From Leptogorgia sarmentosa (lineage: Eukaryota), in assembly GCA_964658305.1 (NCBI GenBank), contig OZ210885.1:5456001-5520000 (forward strand): DNA of 64,000 nucleotides, read 5' to 3'. The translations under genes and the position numbers were made by a program. The notes below the pieces were generated by a model. It saw only the letters and a program-made list of their open reading frames with translations, did not search any database and was not told where the DNA came from. Shown piece after piece: positions 37,711 to 50,782 of the stretch; positions within the stretch are counted from its first letter, which is position 1; every line of letters starts with the position of its first letter.

Positions 37711-38417
37711 TATGTGGCGGCTTGAAATATTTGATAATTATTCACATGTGTGAACAAATTCATGTGTGTGAAATTTCACACACGGGAAGCCTTCACATGT
37801 TTAAGCTTTCACACATGTGGAAATTCACATGTGTAGATTCACATGTTGCAAATTAACATGTTCAATTTCTCACATGTGGAAATTGACATGGGTAGATTCA
37901 CGTGTTCCAAATTCACATGTTCAATTTAACACATGTGAAAAGGGGAAGTTTCCTTGACTAGTTCATCTAGGCGTACATTGGGGCCGAAAAAGAAAAATTT
38001 CATTTTTTTCTATATTGCACACCTTTGGTTAAATTTTTAGCGACGATCGCTCTTAAACGCAAGTGTAATATGGGCAGGAAAATATGCGAAACAAACAAAC
38101 AGGCAGCCGAATGTTGCTGTGGGCAAATACAACTCTAGCGACACCCATTTTCCCTGCACACGCATTACCATAATTTATGATTCGATATGAAATTACACTA
38201 GTTAATTTTTAATTAATATGAATTGCCATTAAATATCAATTTACTGTTGTACCCAAACTCCATTATGTGATGGAGCAATCCGACTAAAATATATATACAA
38301 TAGAAAAGATATATGCATATAAGAAAGTTTTGTCCGGACGCGTACGAAATGTTTGAGTGAAAACTTCAATTTTTCAACCAATATGAAACTCCTCTTATTA
38401 GTAAATTCGTTTGCGTT

Positions 38418-38570
38418 CAGTGGCGTCGCCAGCTCGATAAGTGAGGTGGACATATTCATATATTCGTGTTTTGCACAATTAATTTCTATTGAAATCGATT
38501 GTTTTTATGGTCTGCGAACACGTATATATGAATATGTCCACCCCACTTATCGACTCTGGCGACGCCACTG
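38418..38570. mobile_element. 153-bp hairpin MITE (CAGTGGCGTC ends, hAT-like), unit 4 only
   Basis: ~53-bp TIRs. Flanks GTTTGCGTT / GTAGCGTT approximate an 8-bp TSD of the empty site GTAGCGTT. Confidence 0.8.
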
Positions 38571-38968
38571 GTAGCGTTATATTGGTAATTGTTGTTTTAG
38601 TGGTATCACCGATATTCAAGATTTTGTCATTGAATGAAAACGTTGAATGGTTGGGTGAAAATGTGCATAGCTTTCCTAAGAGCTCTTACAGGGGACATTT
38701 AATATTAATAATATTAAATAAAAATAAAAATATTTAATATATCAATGAACCACTAAAACCACAATGCAGCACGTTATCAATAAAGGAAATACAGTATTAG
38801 AAGGTGGACAAGCCATATTAATATAAGTTGTCATCAGAAATTGTACGATTGTTTGATCCTGTGTTAGAACAAGTGGACGAACGAATATCTTCGAAAACTG
38901 ATACAGCGTAGTGGGAAACAAAGTCGTGAAACACCACAATTTTTGAAGGAATGATTTTCTGATTTAAT

Positions 38969-39353
38969 ATCATTGTTGTCAATTTCCTGGACGCTGATTG
39001 GCTAAAAAGCTTCAACAACTGTGCAAATTAATCTTTAATTTGCACAGTGTGCAAATTAAACTTAATTGCACGGTTTCGAGCCCGCGATACATTATAAAAA
39101 CAAATAAATCAACGCTTAAATCAACGCTAAAATTCTTGTTTTTTTTGTCATTTATTGTCAAATTTGGACAAAAAAGGTTAGTGAACGTGTACTACAATGA
39201 TATTAATACGAAATTACACTTGTTCTCGAAGTATTAATGAAAAATTGCACTTGTGTTTGGCGAAATACCGCTCGTGCTTCGCACTCGCGGTATTTCGCCA
39301 AACACGCGTACAATTTTTCATTAATACTTCTCGAACCGTGTAATTTCCTATAC
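38969..39353 (+). mobile_element. TIR-less palindrome-containing element flanked by TAAT (family copies 3969-4333, 22040-22359, partial ~35590, ~51028, ~58568, partial inverted ~31060-31192, ~43660-43784)
   Basis: TAAT-ATCATTG...CCTATAC-TAAT. Empty site ctgattTAATtcaa in other units. Long internal hairpin centred on GCTTCGC. Confidence 0.75.
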
Positions 39354-39992
39354 TAATTCAATAATTTTGAAAAAATTTAAAAATCTAGAAAATGCCGAAT
39401 TTTCAACGAATCTTCAATGACGTCTTTTTCGCAACTCAGTGAAATCGGAAAAAAGCGTCAACCACAAATAGAAAGGCACAATATCAATTTTTACACGCGT
39501 TCAGCCGAACGTGTAATGACCACATGTGAAAATTAACAGCTTACGTGAAATTAAAAATTTGAATTTTTTGTGACGTCATACGAGAAAATCGCATTTTCGT
39601 CGCTTTCCCTTTGGTAATTTTTTTGAAACATTGCGGGATTAAATGAAACCGCAAGGTGTATAAAATTATCAATTTTCGTAATCTAAGATACACAAAAGGT
39701 GTTTCACGTTTATACGTTGTATCAAGAGGAAATAAATTGTATTCAAGCGACTACAACATTTTGTTAAAACTACTAGGGAGCCACCTTGTTCATCATGGAG
39801 TGAATATATTACTACATGCTTGACTATGAAAGGCTCGTATCCCTGCTGTGAGTTCGTACGTGTACTTATATTACAAGGTAGTTTGTCGTGAAAAACATTC
39901 ACATTGTTGACATTAGGAAGATCTTTCGCCCCCGTTCAGACTTAATGGAGACGAAACGCTTTGCATTAGTTGCATGACCCCAGTGCCCTCGT

Positions 39993-42900
39993 TCATGTCA
40001 CCTTTTTGACTAAATTTCCTGCCACATTGTTCACACTAGAAAGGTTTTTCTCAGTGTGCACTCGTTCGTGTCTCTTTAAACTACTTGAGCAACGAAATGT
40101 CTTACCGCATTGTTCACATTGGAAAGGTTTTTCTCCAGTGTGTACTCGTTCGTGTTTCTTTAAGTCACCTTTCTGGCTAAATGTCTTACCACATTGTTCA
40201 CACTGGAAAGGTTTTTCCCCAGTGTGCACTCGTTCGTGTCTCTTTAAGCTATGTGAGCAACGAAATGTCTTACCACATTGTTCACATTGGAAAGGTCTTT
40301 CTCCAGTGTGCACTCGTTCGTGTCTCTTCAAGTCACTTTTTTGACTAAATTTCCTGGCACATTGTTCACACTGGAAAGGTCTTTCTCCATTGTGAATTCC
40401 TTCGTGTGTCTTCAAGTTACTTGGGTGATTAAATGTCTTACCACATTGTTCACACTGGAAAGGTTTTTCTCCAGTGTGCACTCGTTCGTGTCTCTTCAAG
40501 TCACCTTTTTGACTAAATTTCCTGCAACATTGTTCACACTGGAAAGGTTTTTCTCCAGTGTGTACTCGTTCGTGTTTCTTTAAGTCACCTTTCTGGCTAA
40601 ATGTCTTACCACATTGTTGACACTGGAAAGGTTTTTCTCCATTGTGCACTCGTTCATGCCTCTTCAAGTCACCTTTTTGACTAAATTTCCTGCAACATTG
40701 CTCACACTGGAAAGGTTTTTCTCCAGTGTGCACTCGTTCGTGTGTCTTTAAGCTACTTGGGGAACGAAATGTCTTACCACATTGTTCACATTGGAAAGGT
40801 CTTTCTCCAGTGTGCACTCGTTCGTGTGTCTTTAAGTAACCTTTCTGGCTAAATGTCTTACCACATTGCTCACACTGGAAAGGTTTTTCTCCAGTGTGCA
40901 CTCGTTCGTGTGTCTGTAAGTTGATTTGCTGATTAAATGCCTTACCGCATTGTTCACATTGGAAAGGTCTTTCTGGAAGATGAAGTCGTTCATGTCTCTC
41001 TAAGTTGATTTGCTGATTAAATGCCTTGCCACATTGTTCACATTGGAAAGATCTTTCGCCAGTGTGAATTCGTCGGTGTTTCGCCAAATTACTTTTACTT
41101 TTGAATGGTTTACCACATTTCTGGCATTGAAAAGGCGTTTCCCCGCTGTTAACTCTACACCAATGTCTTTCCTCATTGTCAATTTGCTCGTGTTCGTGTT
41201 CCCTCCTACTAATATGGGAATTAAGGTAATCTTCGCTGGTGTATTTTCTACTACACTGAGGACATTCCCATAGTTCTGTGCACGTCAACAATGGACACCT
41301 TCGTACGTGAGATTCCAGGTAATTGAAATAGGTAAACATTCTTGCACAGTGTTTGCAAGTATGACCGCCTTGAAGAAGACAAAATATGAATTAAATAAAA
41401 CAAGCATTGAATGGGATGTGGAGGGGAGATACGAATGTTTGTTTTGACACATTAGTTGTGTTTCAATTGTTATTTCCAACCAAGTTTTATTTTGGTTGAC
41501 AAGCGCGTGTTCAAAAACACAACGAATTTATCCCGCCTAAAATCAAATGTTTTTTTATAACCAATAGGATCGCGTATTCGTCATTTCAAACGGCAATTTT
41601 TGCACGGTAACAGGCATCCAGAATCGAGACACGGCAAATTCAAAGAAATTTTTTCGTCTTTTTCACAAGTTTTGTGCCAGAAAACGTTGTACATATTTGG
41701 TAATATACTAGGGCTACGTTTTTAGCCAAGTTTATACTAATGAATGGTACGTCATGCCCAAATAAGGCGTGTGACGTCACTTCCACATCCTGGTCGACGC
41801 CAGATTGTGTTGGCCAAAGAACTCTATTCAATAATTCGACGACAAAAGAGAATCCACAAATGGAAAGCAACTCGCCTTTCGGGCTTGTGTTTCAAAACAT
41901 TTCTCGTTCTCCCAAACTTGCACTCGTGTTTACATAACTCGATGTAAACATGGAAAATGTTATATAAAACTTAAATAACGTCTAGTTTATACCTTCAAAG
42001 CGCTTTCCCTCCTGTTGTTCGTCGTCCTCCTCGTATAGCGGTATGCCAAGGTCTTCTGCATATTCATCTCCATACCATACCAGGAGTTCTCCATTTGCTC
42101 TGATCTCTTTATACACTCTGTAGTAAATCTCTCCATGATATTGGAAGGCAACTATATTTTGCTCGTCCTCGCATCGCGAACAGTTAACAAAACGCATCCA
42201 ATTGCTTTGAGATGGATCTTTGCCGTCGATATAATACTGGATCTTTCCAAATTTTACGATCTGTTAATAAATCAGTTGGCAATTCATGAATAATTTAAGA
42301 AGAAACACAACAAAAATCATGAACATGAGGAAGCTTGTTGAAACCCGGCTGATTCATATAAAGTTTCATTATTTTCATAAACAATTACTCATATGGTTTC
42401 CGTGTTTGGATGGCCTGATCCAAACACGCGAGGATGCTGCGAGAGTTGGGCTGTGGAAATTATATGAGAAATAGGAACCAGTGGCGTCAGCAACGGTAAA
42501 ATCTGCTATGTTTCTGGCTTTACCCCTTTCAACCCAAAAAGTTGAGTGCACTCTCTCCAGTCTTTCTTTAGCTCAGTGTCTGCGAGCCCGTAAATCCAAT
42601 ATGGCGGCAAGAAAGAGGAATATGTTAAACTATCATGAATTGGATTCTTTATCATCAGTTGTTTTATACAACATATATTTTTCTTTTAAGTCTTTCCAGC
42701 TTGTCAGTACTTTGTTTGTTATGTGCAGTGTAAACACAACCGCTTCAGAATCCACACAAAGCTTTTTTATGTACTGTAAGCAATGATTATCATCGACAAC
42801 TACATCTTGCTTGTACCTCCGGTAATCATAATTATCTTTAAAAACGTCACACATAATACAGGCTCATTATACTTTTAAATAAACCAGAAAATATGGACTT

Positions 42901-45900
42901 CCCACAAATTACAATTCATAATTCGCGCGAAGCTTTAATTGGCGCAAAATAATTCACCGGAAGTAAAACGGCCACGGAGTTAGCCGCTGAAATTGCTGAT
43001 TGTTTTTAGCATATCCCTTCAGGCAATACTGGCCTAGATTCTGCAGGTCATGGCGATTATTTTGATACCAAACACTTGGCATATGGCGTGCCTTTTTGTT
43101 ACTATACTATTGAATGTTAAACGTCATCGCGTGCGTTGGGCTACTATATGCCATGATAGCAAAGTGGTCAAATTAAATGTTTCCACTGTTCACAAGCTTA
43201 GTAATATGCCAGTTGTTGAGTCAGCAGCTATTTTAGCTTTGTTCATCTCAAATATTGACAATTTTTCTATTTGTATAAACAAAATGCTAGAGATTTAGAT
43301 AAAGAGATTTGCCGCGTAGGACGCAGGCGCACTATAGTACAAGATGGCCGAAGCTGGTGCATTTCCTCTATTTAGCTGCAAGTCCCACTCTGAAGCGTAG
43401 CCATATTGCATACATAAATATTTCATTCACCGCGAACACGTGCTCACTTCGAGAAGTATTAGCACGAGCGGTAATTCGCCAAACACGCGTGAAGTCTTTC
43501 ATTAATACATCGAGAACAAGTATAATTTCCTTTTAATATCATGGTAGTCAATAATTTCAGTGCAATTTCAATATCAAACAAATCAAAATCCATCGTAAAT
43601 TGATACGAGAAACAAAAATTTTACTGTACTTTTACCTGTTTTTAAATTTACCGCTCGCATATCGCGGGCTGGAAACCGTGGTATTTGAAATTAAATTACA
43701 CACTTGTGTAATTAATGTTTAATTCACACAGGTGTTGAAACTTTCTAGCCAATCAGCGTCCAGGAAATTGACTACAGTTATATTATCAGAAAAACTCATG
43801 GTGGTATTGCAGAGACATTATAGATGTAAAGGAATATCATTTTTTCAAACACGACGTTAAACGATTATACATGCACGAACATTTAGTTTAATGCAGTGGC
43901 GTCTAGGGGGCCATGGCCGCCCCTACAATTTGAGGCTTGTCACGGAAATTTTTAGAAATTTAATACTTGTCGGAAAAACTAGTCGATCATCTTCTAAAAA
44001 TTATTGCTTTTGTTTGGTGATATTAAGTCACGCTGGCGTCCACCTCGTATTTTTATATCCACTTCTCAAACAATAATGAAATAGTCGTTTCCGGCGATTT
44101 AAAGGTCCTAAATGTTCAAAATTTTCCCGCGAGGGGCCAACCAGATAGTTAGCTTTCGTGGGCACATTTCTAAGACACTGATGACCATGGCCTTTACTCG
44201 TGCAAAATACCGTAACACCCCCGGCCCATTGTCATGTACTGGTAAATGTAAAATTTTGGTTTCGAAAAAATCTGGTTTTGCACCCCCCTCCCCCCCTTTG
44301 GAACAGCTCCCACGACGCCACTGTTTTTAGGAAAAGTTTTATCACAAACGTTTTCGAAGTTAAATTTTCTGTCATTGAAACTGATCATTCTTATGTTGTT
44401 TAGCTACTTTTTAAAAAAAAATAAGTTGGGCTACTTCGTGTTCCACAAATATAGTTGCATCATCAGTTATGAAAACGAGGGGTGCATGTACACATATATT
44501 TCTATTACAGATTTCAGTTGTATATACCTGCCACATGTACGATGTATCCTCTCCTTCAGTCTCCAGAACTTTCACCCCACGATATGGTCCAAAACGAGTA
44601 TTAACCTCGATCTTTTTCTTAGTAAAAACTCCCAGACCAGCTCCGGGAATCCTTGAACGTCTCACACACAAACTTTTAGGTAGCGACGTGATTGCTTCAG
44701 GCATCTTCCCTCTTTCCACGACATTGTCGTCCATGATGTTGAATTTATGTGTTTCGCATTCGCCATAATAAACATCATCACATTGTTCACAGTCTGTTAA
44801 ACGATTAAAGAATTAGGAGTGAATAGGAAAATGAAGGACAATAAACAATTATTGGATGAGGCTGAGCATGATATCAAGAATTATTCAGACCGAGGTCAAT
44901 GTTATCTGCCAAAGCGAAGCTGAGGCGGATAACATTGACCGAGGTCTGAATAATTCTTGATATCATGCGAAAGCCGAATCCAATAATTGTTTTATTATAC
45001 ATTTAAAAGAGTGCTCACTTTCATTCAGCGAAGCAAATCTCTGCAGGTCATTGTTTGTTTGTTTGTTTTTTCGCGCGCTTTTAGCTTCAAGCTTTTGACA
45101 GCGCTGGGGCTTGGGCACGAGAGAGTCCAATAATTTTTTTTTTGGATGCAAGTTCGATCCAAAAAAATAATTATTGGACGCTGATGGCGTCATCGGCGGA
45201 AAATACGTAATAAATACCGAATACTGAGAATTAGCCGGTGCTTTCTGACCAATCAGGAACGAGAATAAATTTTAAATGTATAATAATATACGATTATTGG
45301 ACGAGGCTGAGCAAAATATCGTGATTTATCTGTGGCGAGCAGATCAATTATTTGCCGATGGCAAAGGCCAATAATTAAAAAAAATCACGATATTTTGCGA
45401 CTGCCGAGTTCAAAAATTGTTTTATTATTCAGTTTATTATTTACGATCGTTTGTCACTCGCTTCGGCGTAAAATTTCCCGACCACGGCAAAGTTTACTTT
45501 TGGACGCCAATAAGTCCTTTGAATTATAAGTACTCTTGAAAAAAAGTTAAAGCAGATTCGGTTGCTTTCTTGGTGTTTCCGGGGTCTTTTTCGTGTGGAA
45601 GATCTAATCCAGTAATCGGACGCAAACAAATTTAAGTCAACTGCGCATGAGCAAGCCATTATTTGAAGCTGAGCGAGTTTTGAACTAAATGCGCATGCTC
45701 AGTAAACTGTTTGCACCAATTATTTGCAGTTGAAGTGACATTTGTAGGCAGTATTTGCAGGTAAATTAACCAATCGAAATTGAGTAAATAATAAACTGAA
45801 TAATAATACTGAATATTTACCATTTTAACTATTTGCTCAGTGGTTTTGGGAATGGTTGTTTGTATAATGAAGAAAGTTCACTAAACTTACAAATATAATG

Positions 45901-45993
45901 ATCATCATCATCAATTTCTTCTTCAGTGTAATTCGGACGTTCAGTACTCCTTGAAGATCTTCTCGGAATGTGCGGGTGCGACACATCCCCCAT
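39993..45993 (-). CDS. PRDM9: PRDM9-like copy 4 with SSXRD-like exon, zinc knuckle, PR/SET and 13-finger array (~670 aa); exons 45993-45891, 44793-44528, 42260-41993, 41368-39993
   Basis: Same exon structure and intact PR/SET motifs as copy 3. A 1-nt deletion near 40051 frameshifts only the last finger. Confidence 0.85.
44843..45287 (+). mobile_element. Second related TIR-less hairpin element stacked at the same intron-1 site, copy 4 only
   Basis: Starts AAACAATTATTGGATGAGGCTGAGC and ends ATAATAAT. Inverted arms GCATGATATCAAGAATTATTCAGACC / GGTCTGAATAATTCTTGATATCATGC. Confidence 0.75.
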
Positions 45994-46205
45994 TATCACA
46001 ATCTGAAAAAGGTAGAGTTAAGACTCTAAAATGGCCGTTTCCAGCGATCTGCTCCCTAAATTCAAACGATTGAAAATTCAATCTATTTATCCGTAAAAAC
46101 ATTTTTTTCCTATTGTTTTTATGGTCAAAGCTTTTTCTATTGAAAATCAATTTTGCGCGAGATTGAAGGAAAAATCAATCTAAAAGGAGTTACTTTTCAA
46201 TCAAA

Positions 46206-46779
46206 TATGCGACATGCAGTATTACGCAATGGGCATTCGGACTTTCAAAATGCTCGTAAATTTATAGTATGCAACAACGCAAAATAGTATGTTTTCTTAC
46301 ATGCGAAGTATAAACATGGTAAATCGACTTGTAGTGAATCGAAAAAGTAAAATATTGTGATATTTAGAAGCCGATAAACCTTGTCCCCGAGCGATTCAAA
46401 CGTATCCATGGATTGTAGCGTATTAGCCGCCATTAATCATCAATTCTTATATACTTCACTGAAAGAGAGCGGTGTTTTAGGATACATGAAATACAAATTC
46501 CAACATGCGAAGCTTGATTTGTCAAGATGGGGTTTCGGCGGCTTCAACTAATATAAAACCTATAAAAGGTTACGTATCTTTCCCTTGTCCAGCTTTACGT
46601 TTATGTTCGATAGTTATGGATATTTCAAGCAAAGCGAAGCACTTTGCCGAACATAAGTCGATTTACCATGTTTATACTTCGCATGTAAGAAAACATACTA
46701 TTTTGCGTTGCTGCATACTATAAATTTACGAGCATTTTGAAAGTCCGAATGCCCATTGCGTAATACTGCATGTCGCATA
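46206..46779. mobile_element. 574-bp MITE with ~125-bp near-perfect TIRs inserted at AAA^TTT without TSD (Spy-like)
   Basis: tcAAA-[TATGCGACATGCAG...CTGCATGTCGCATA]-TTTc. The paralogous empty site is tcAAATTTca at ~33187-33196. Confidence 0.75.
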
Positions 46780-47329
46780 TTTCTAGCCATGCACCACGCG
46801 AATTAATTATACTCGCCCCAGGCTACTTCAGTGCGCGCGATATATAACAAAAATAATAGGAAAACATATACAAGGCAACATTTATTCTTCAAATACAGTT
46901 TTTTAGTAAAGTTTGAACAAATTGTGAACCTCACACGTGAATAAGAAACTTATAATCTAGAATCCAAAAATTTTGTCGTATTATTATGTAATGCTCGTTT
47001 TTAATCAGTCTGGGTAATAAAAGCTTTCAGAATGCTCCTCGTTCTTAACACTTTCAAACTGTACTTTAAAAAAAATCAAATTTTTTAAAGCCAATCAGAT
47101 TGCGCCATAATAACACATAATAAACAATATTAATAGATATTAAATGAATAAACTAAAAAAACATGCAACACGAAGAAGCTTCGGCTCCTGTGATAACTGT
47201 ACAGTCATTTGTTTAGGGTAAGTTGTACAAATCACAGATTTAGCTCGGGAGGTTAAACTCCGGCTGCTACACGGTAGCTCGCAGGTTCGAACGTATTTAG
47301 TTTTAAATATGATTGATAATACCAACATA

Positions 47330-47567
47330 CAGGGGGTGGACAAAAAAAAGTGGCCCCCAGAACAATTCGGTTTATAAGCGGCAAGCTCCACAACCTTGCA
47401 GATTTAAGGAAATATACTTAGATGAACAATAAACAAAGATGAATAATAAAAATGAACATTTTGCTTAGGTCGTACTCAAACCAAACGGGGTTCTGCAATC
47501 CCGAGAGAGATGTTTTTCAGTAAAAACTGAATTTTTATCGAGGGCCACTTTTTTTGTCCACCCCCTG
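47330..47567. mobile_element. Tc1/mariner-like MITE
   Basis: TA-CAGGGGGTGGACAAAAAAAAGTGGCCC...GGGCCACTTTTTTTGTCCACCCCCTG-TA. Confidence 0.8.
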
Positions 47568-50130
47568 TATGTATTTACTAGCTTTCGCATTTATAGTTTG
47601 TTTTCGCCGTATTCGACTCTTCGTCGCCTCGCGGTATTGCCATTCATTTACTAATGTACTTCTCATTTAATAATATATCATCTAATATACTTCCAAAAGA
47701 ATAATTTACTACAATTAAACTCAGCCAGTTTCTCCTTGTTGTTTTGTAATGCGACGATATGACTCAACACTGGTGTGAAGAGTCGACGGCTTCACTATAA
47801 AGCTTGGATTGTTTGTTGACACGACGTACAGGGGACTTTTTGAAGTGGGAGGGGGGGGGGCGAATATCTGATTATCCCCCCCCCCCCACCCACTGTTTAT
47901 CATGTTTAAACACATTGTTTTTTGGTAATCTTAAAACCCCATGCTTGTATGCTATACATCGTGAATTGTGAAGTACAATAAACAATCTGAGATCAGAAGA
48001 AAACTATTCGGAGCCTTCGAATAGTTCTGCGAATGAAATCCTAATTGGAAAGGCAATAAACGGACCTCAGCCACGCACACACGTTCAAATTAGCTTTTGT
48101 TTTTATTGATCATTTTATGTACAATTGATATAATTGTTAAAGAAATCATTTCATATTTTCATTTGCGATTCAAATCTTTATTGTTTTATTAAAAATATAC
48201 GTATTCGAATAATACACATTCGACATCGACAAAAAATTGTCGTATAATTTAGGCAAGAAATTCGGCGGAATTATTTTAGTAAAAATCGTTCCCAGAACGC
48301 TGAAAATGGTATTTGTGCATGATGTTTCAAATTTCAAAATTTTTCGGGGAAGATTGCCCCGAGACCCTTCTAGAAAGGGGCACGTTTCATTACAATTTTA
48401 CAACAGACAGATTTTTGTTCCCCCCCATAGGCGTACGAAGCGGGGGGGACAAGGGCGGCAACTGCCCCCCCTCCCAAAATTCAAATAATGTCAACAATCG
48501 TCCAGTCGTTCACCTGAACGAGCGTACCAAGAAAGTGGAGTTAGGACTCGCTCGGCGCCAACCACGGTGGTGCCTCGTGTCATTCACTACCCTCAAATTT
48601 GGCCAAAGGTCTCTCTGCACCCTCCCTGAATAAATGTAACCCGTAAGCTTATGGTCCCCCCCCCCCACTTTTTGGAACGGATTGACGCCCTTGCCTGATA
48701 CTGTGAATAAGCTGGATATTTTATTACGACGCATATGATATGTATTATTTAAAAATAACTTAAAGGTCAGAGGTCAGAGATTTATCTGATTTGCGTTTAA
48801 CGCGACTGCTGCCAGTTGCTTTCTGACAATAAAATAGTGATTATTATCATATCACGTCAACACTGATTTTAGCTGTATTTCTTCTTAGAAACTTTGCACT
48901 ATCCTTCGATCCCTATAGTTATACTACAAACGTGTAATGCGTCTGGACGACCTTGGGCAACGGGCATTTTAAGATTAAAATCGTTTCGTATACAGGCGGG
49001 CGGGAGACATAATTTTAGGCGACCTAAAAATTTAGAGCTTCTTTGGAGACGCACTAAATGGTTTATATCGTCCAGACAAATAATTCGTCTGTAAAAACGG
49101 CCGTTACGTAAATATTCTCACTCCGTATCATCGTATCACGATAACAAGTCATAGTTTCAAAAATGGACGGGCATTCTATAATTTGACCTTGGTTTATTTT
49201 GTGAAAAATACGTGCACTTGGACTACAGTCACTATATATATAGTCATGTTGCAATTGTTCCTAAATATAAATATACAAATACATCCAGACATCAGAAAAT
49301 GTAAACAATATAAACTGCGATATAAACAATGCAGTGCGGAAATCATTTCGTTGATGAATGATAAGGCCTTAAAATATCGACCAGCAGGCAGTCTGACATT
49401 CAGAATGAGTCGGACATTTTAAAAATTATCTCCGATGGCCATGAGGCTAATTTTGAAATCATGTTGACAGTACAGGCTGATTTCCGCTTGCACGTGTTTT
49501 TAAATTAAGCACGTTCACGCACGTAAAGTATGAAATAACCGAATAACGACTGACAAATTACTGTGTAATGAAGCGAAAATAAAGACATATACGAGCCAAA
49601 ACAATGTAGCAAACAAAGGCGTCGCAGAACGCTGTGCAACCGGACAGTAAGGCGCGTTTTAGACGTCGAATTTCTGTCGCATTGAACGCAATTCAAACAA
49701 TAGAAAATGAAATAACTTTGCTCATTAACTATGGTTTGAATTTTATTAGGCGCGACGAAAATTTGACGTCTAAAATGGGCCTAAACAACATAGAAACATA
49801 CCTGAAGGATGACGATTTTTGCTAGGTCTTTGAATATTCGAAAATCATTCAGACATTCACAGATTCACTTCACCTGGCCGAACGAATCGCTGTCGGATAA
49901 TGTTCGGAATAGCTCGGAAATTAATTGTCCTTTGAACTTCCAAAGGAATTTGAAACAATTAAAAAATTTTCCTCTTTTAGCTGAACATTCGAATTAAGAA
50001 AATAAATTAGCACAGCTAGAAAAGACTAATAAATTTGGTAAAATAAATGCGAATTTGGACAGTTATTGTATACGCGTATTCGCCAATTTCATCTCGAGTG
50101 CGCCGTAAAGACGTGATAATTGAGAATAAT

Positions 50131-50298
50131 AAATGAGGATAAAACGCGGATTCGGTAAGCGGATTCCGCATAGAGAATAAAACGCCGATTCCACAAATGA
50201 GGATAAAACGCGGATTCCGCACATGAGGATAAAACGCGGATTCCGCAAATGAGGATAAAACGCCGATTCCGCAAATGAGGATAAAACGCGGATTCCGC
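50131..50298. repeat. 26-bp minisatellite, unit 4 (shortened; right flank deleted)
   Basis: Same repeat unit; runs directly into gaagtttaac, lacking the ~110-bp flank seen in other units. Confidence 0.9.
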
Positions 50299-50782
50299 AG
50301 AAGTTTAACAACTGGACTGCTGTCGTGAATTGTGATTTCACAATTTTACCAGTTTTTACCTGAGGGACCGTTCATTATTTATGCCCGGGGTTGGTACCGA
50401 AGAGAAACAAAAAATAGTGCAAATATTTTTTTTACCCAACCTCGGCATAGTTAAAAAAATTTTTTACCCAGCCCCTGTATATTTCCTAAAATATAAATCT
50501 ACTATGTGGTGAATATATCTACTATGTGATGAATACCAATTTCATTTTACCTACTGTTGGTATATCAGGCTAAATTTTTTTTTACCCAACCCATGAGCTA
50601 GTCAAAAAATCGATTACCCAACCCATATATCTTCGGTACCAACCCCAGGCATAAAATAATGAACGGTCCCTTAGTCGCATTACCGCTCTAATCACCCCTA
50701 GATCCGCCCCTGCCTGATGGGGCTTTGTGAATAAGTATTCACCCATTTCGTTTTTTATTACTCGTGGCAAGATATCAAATTC

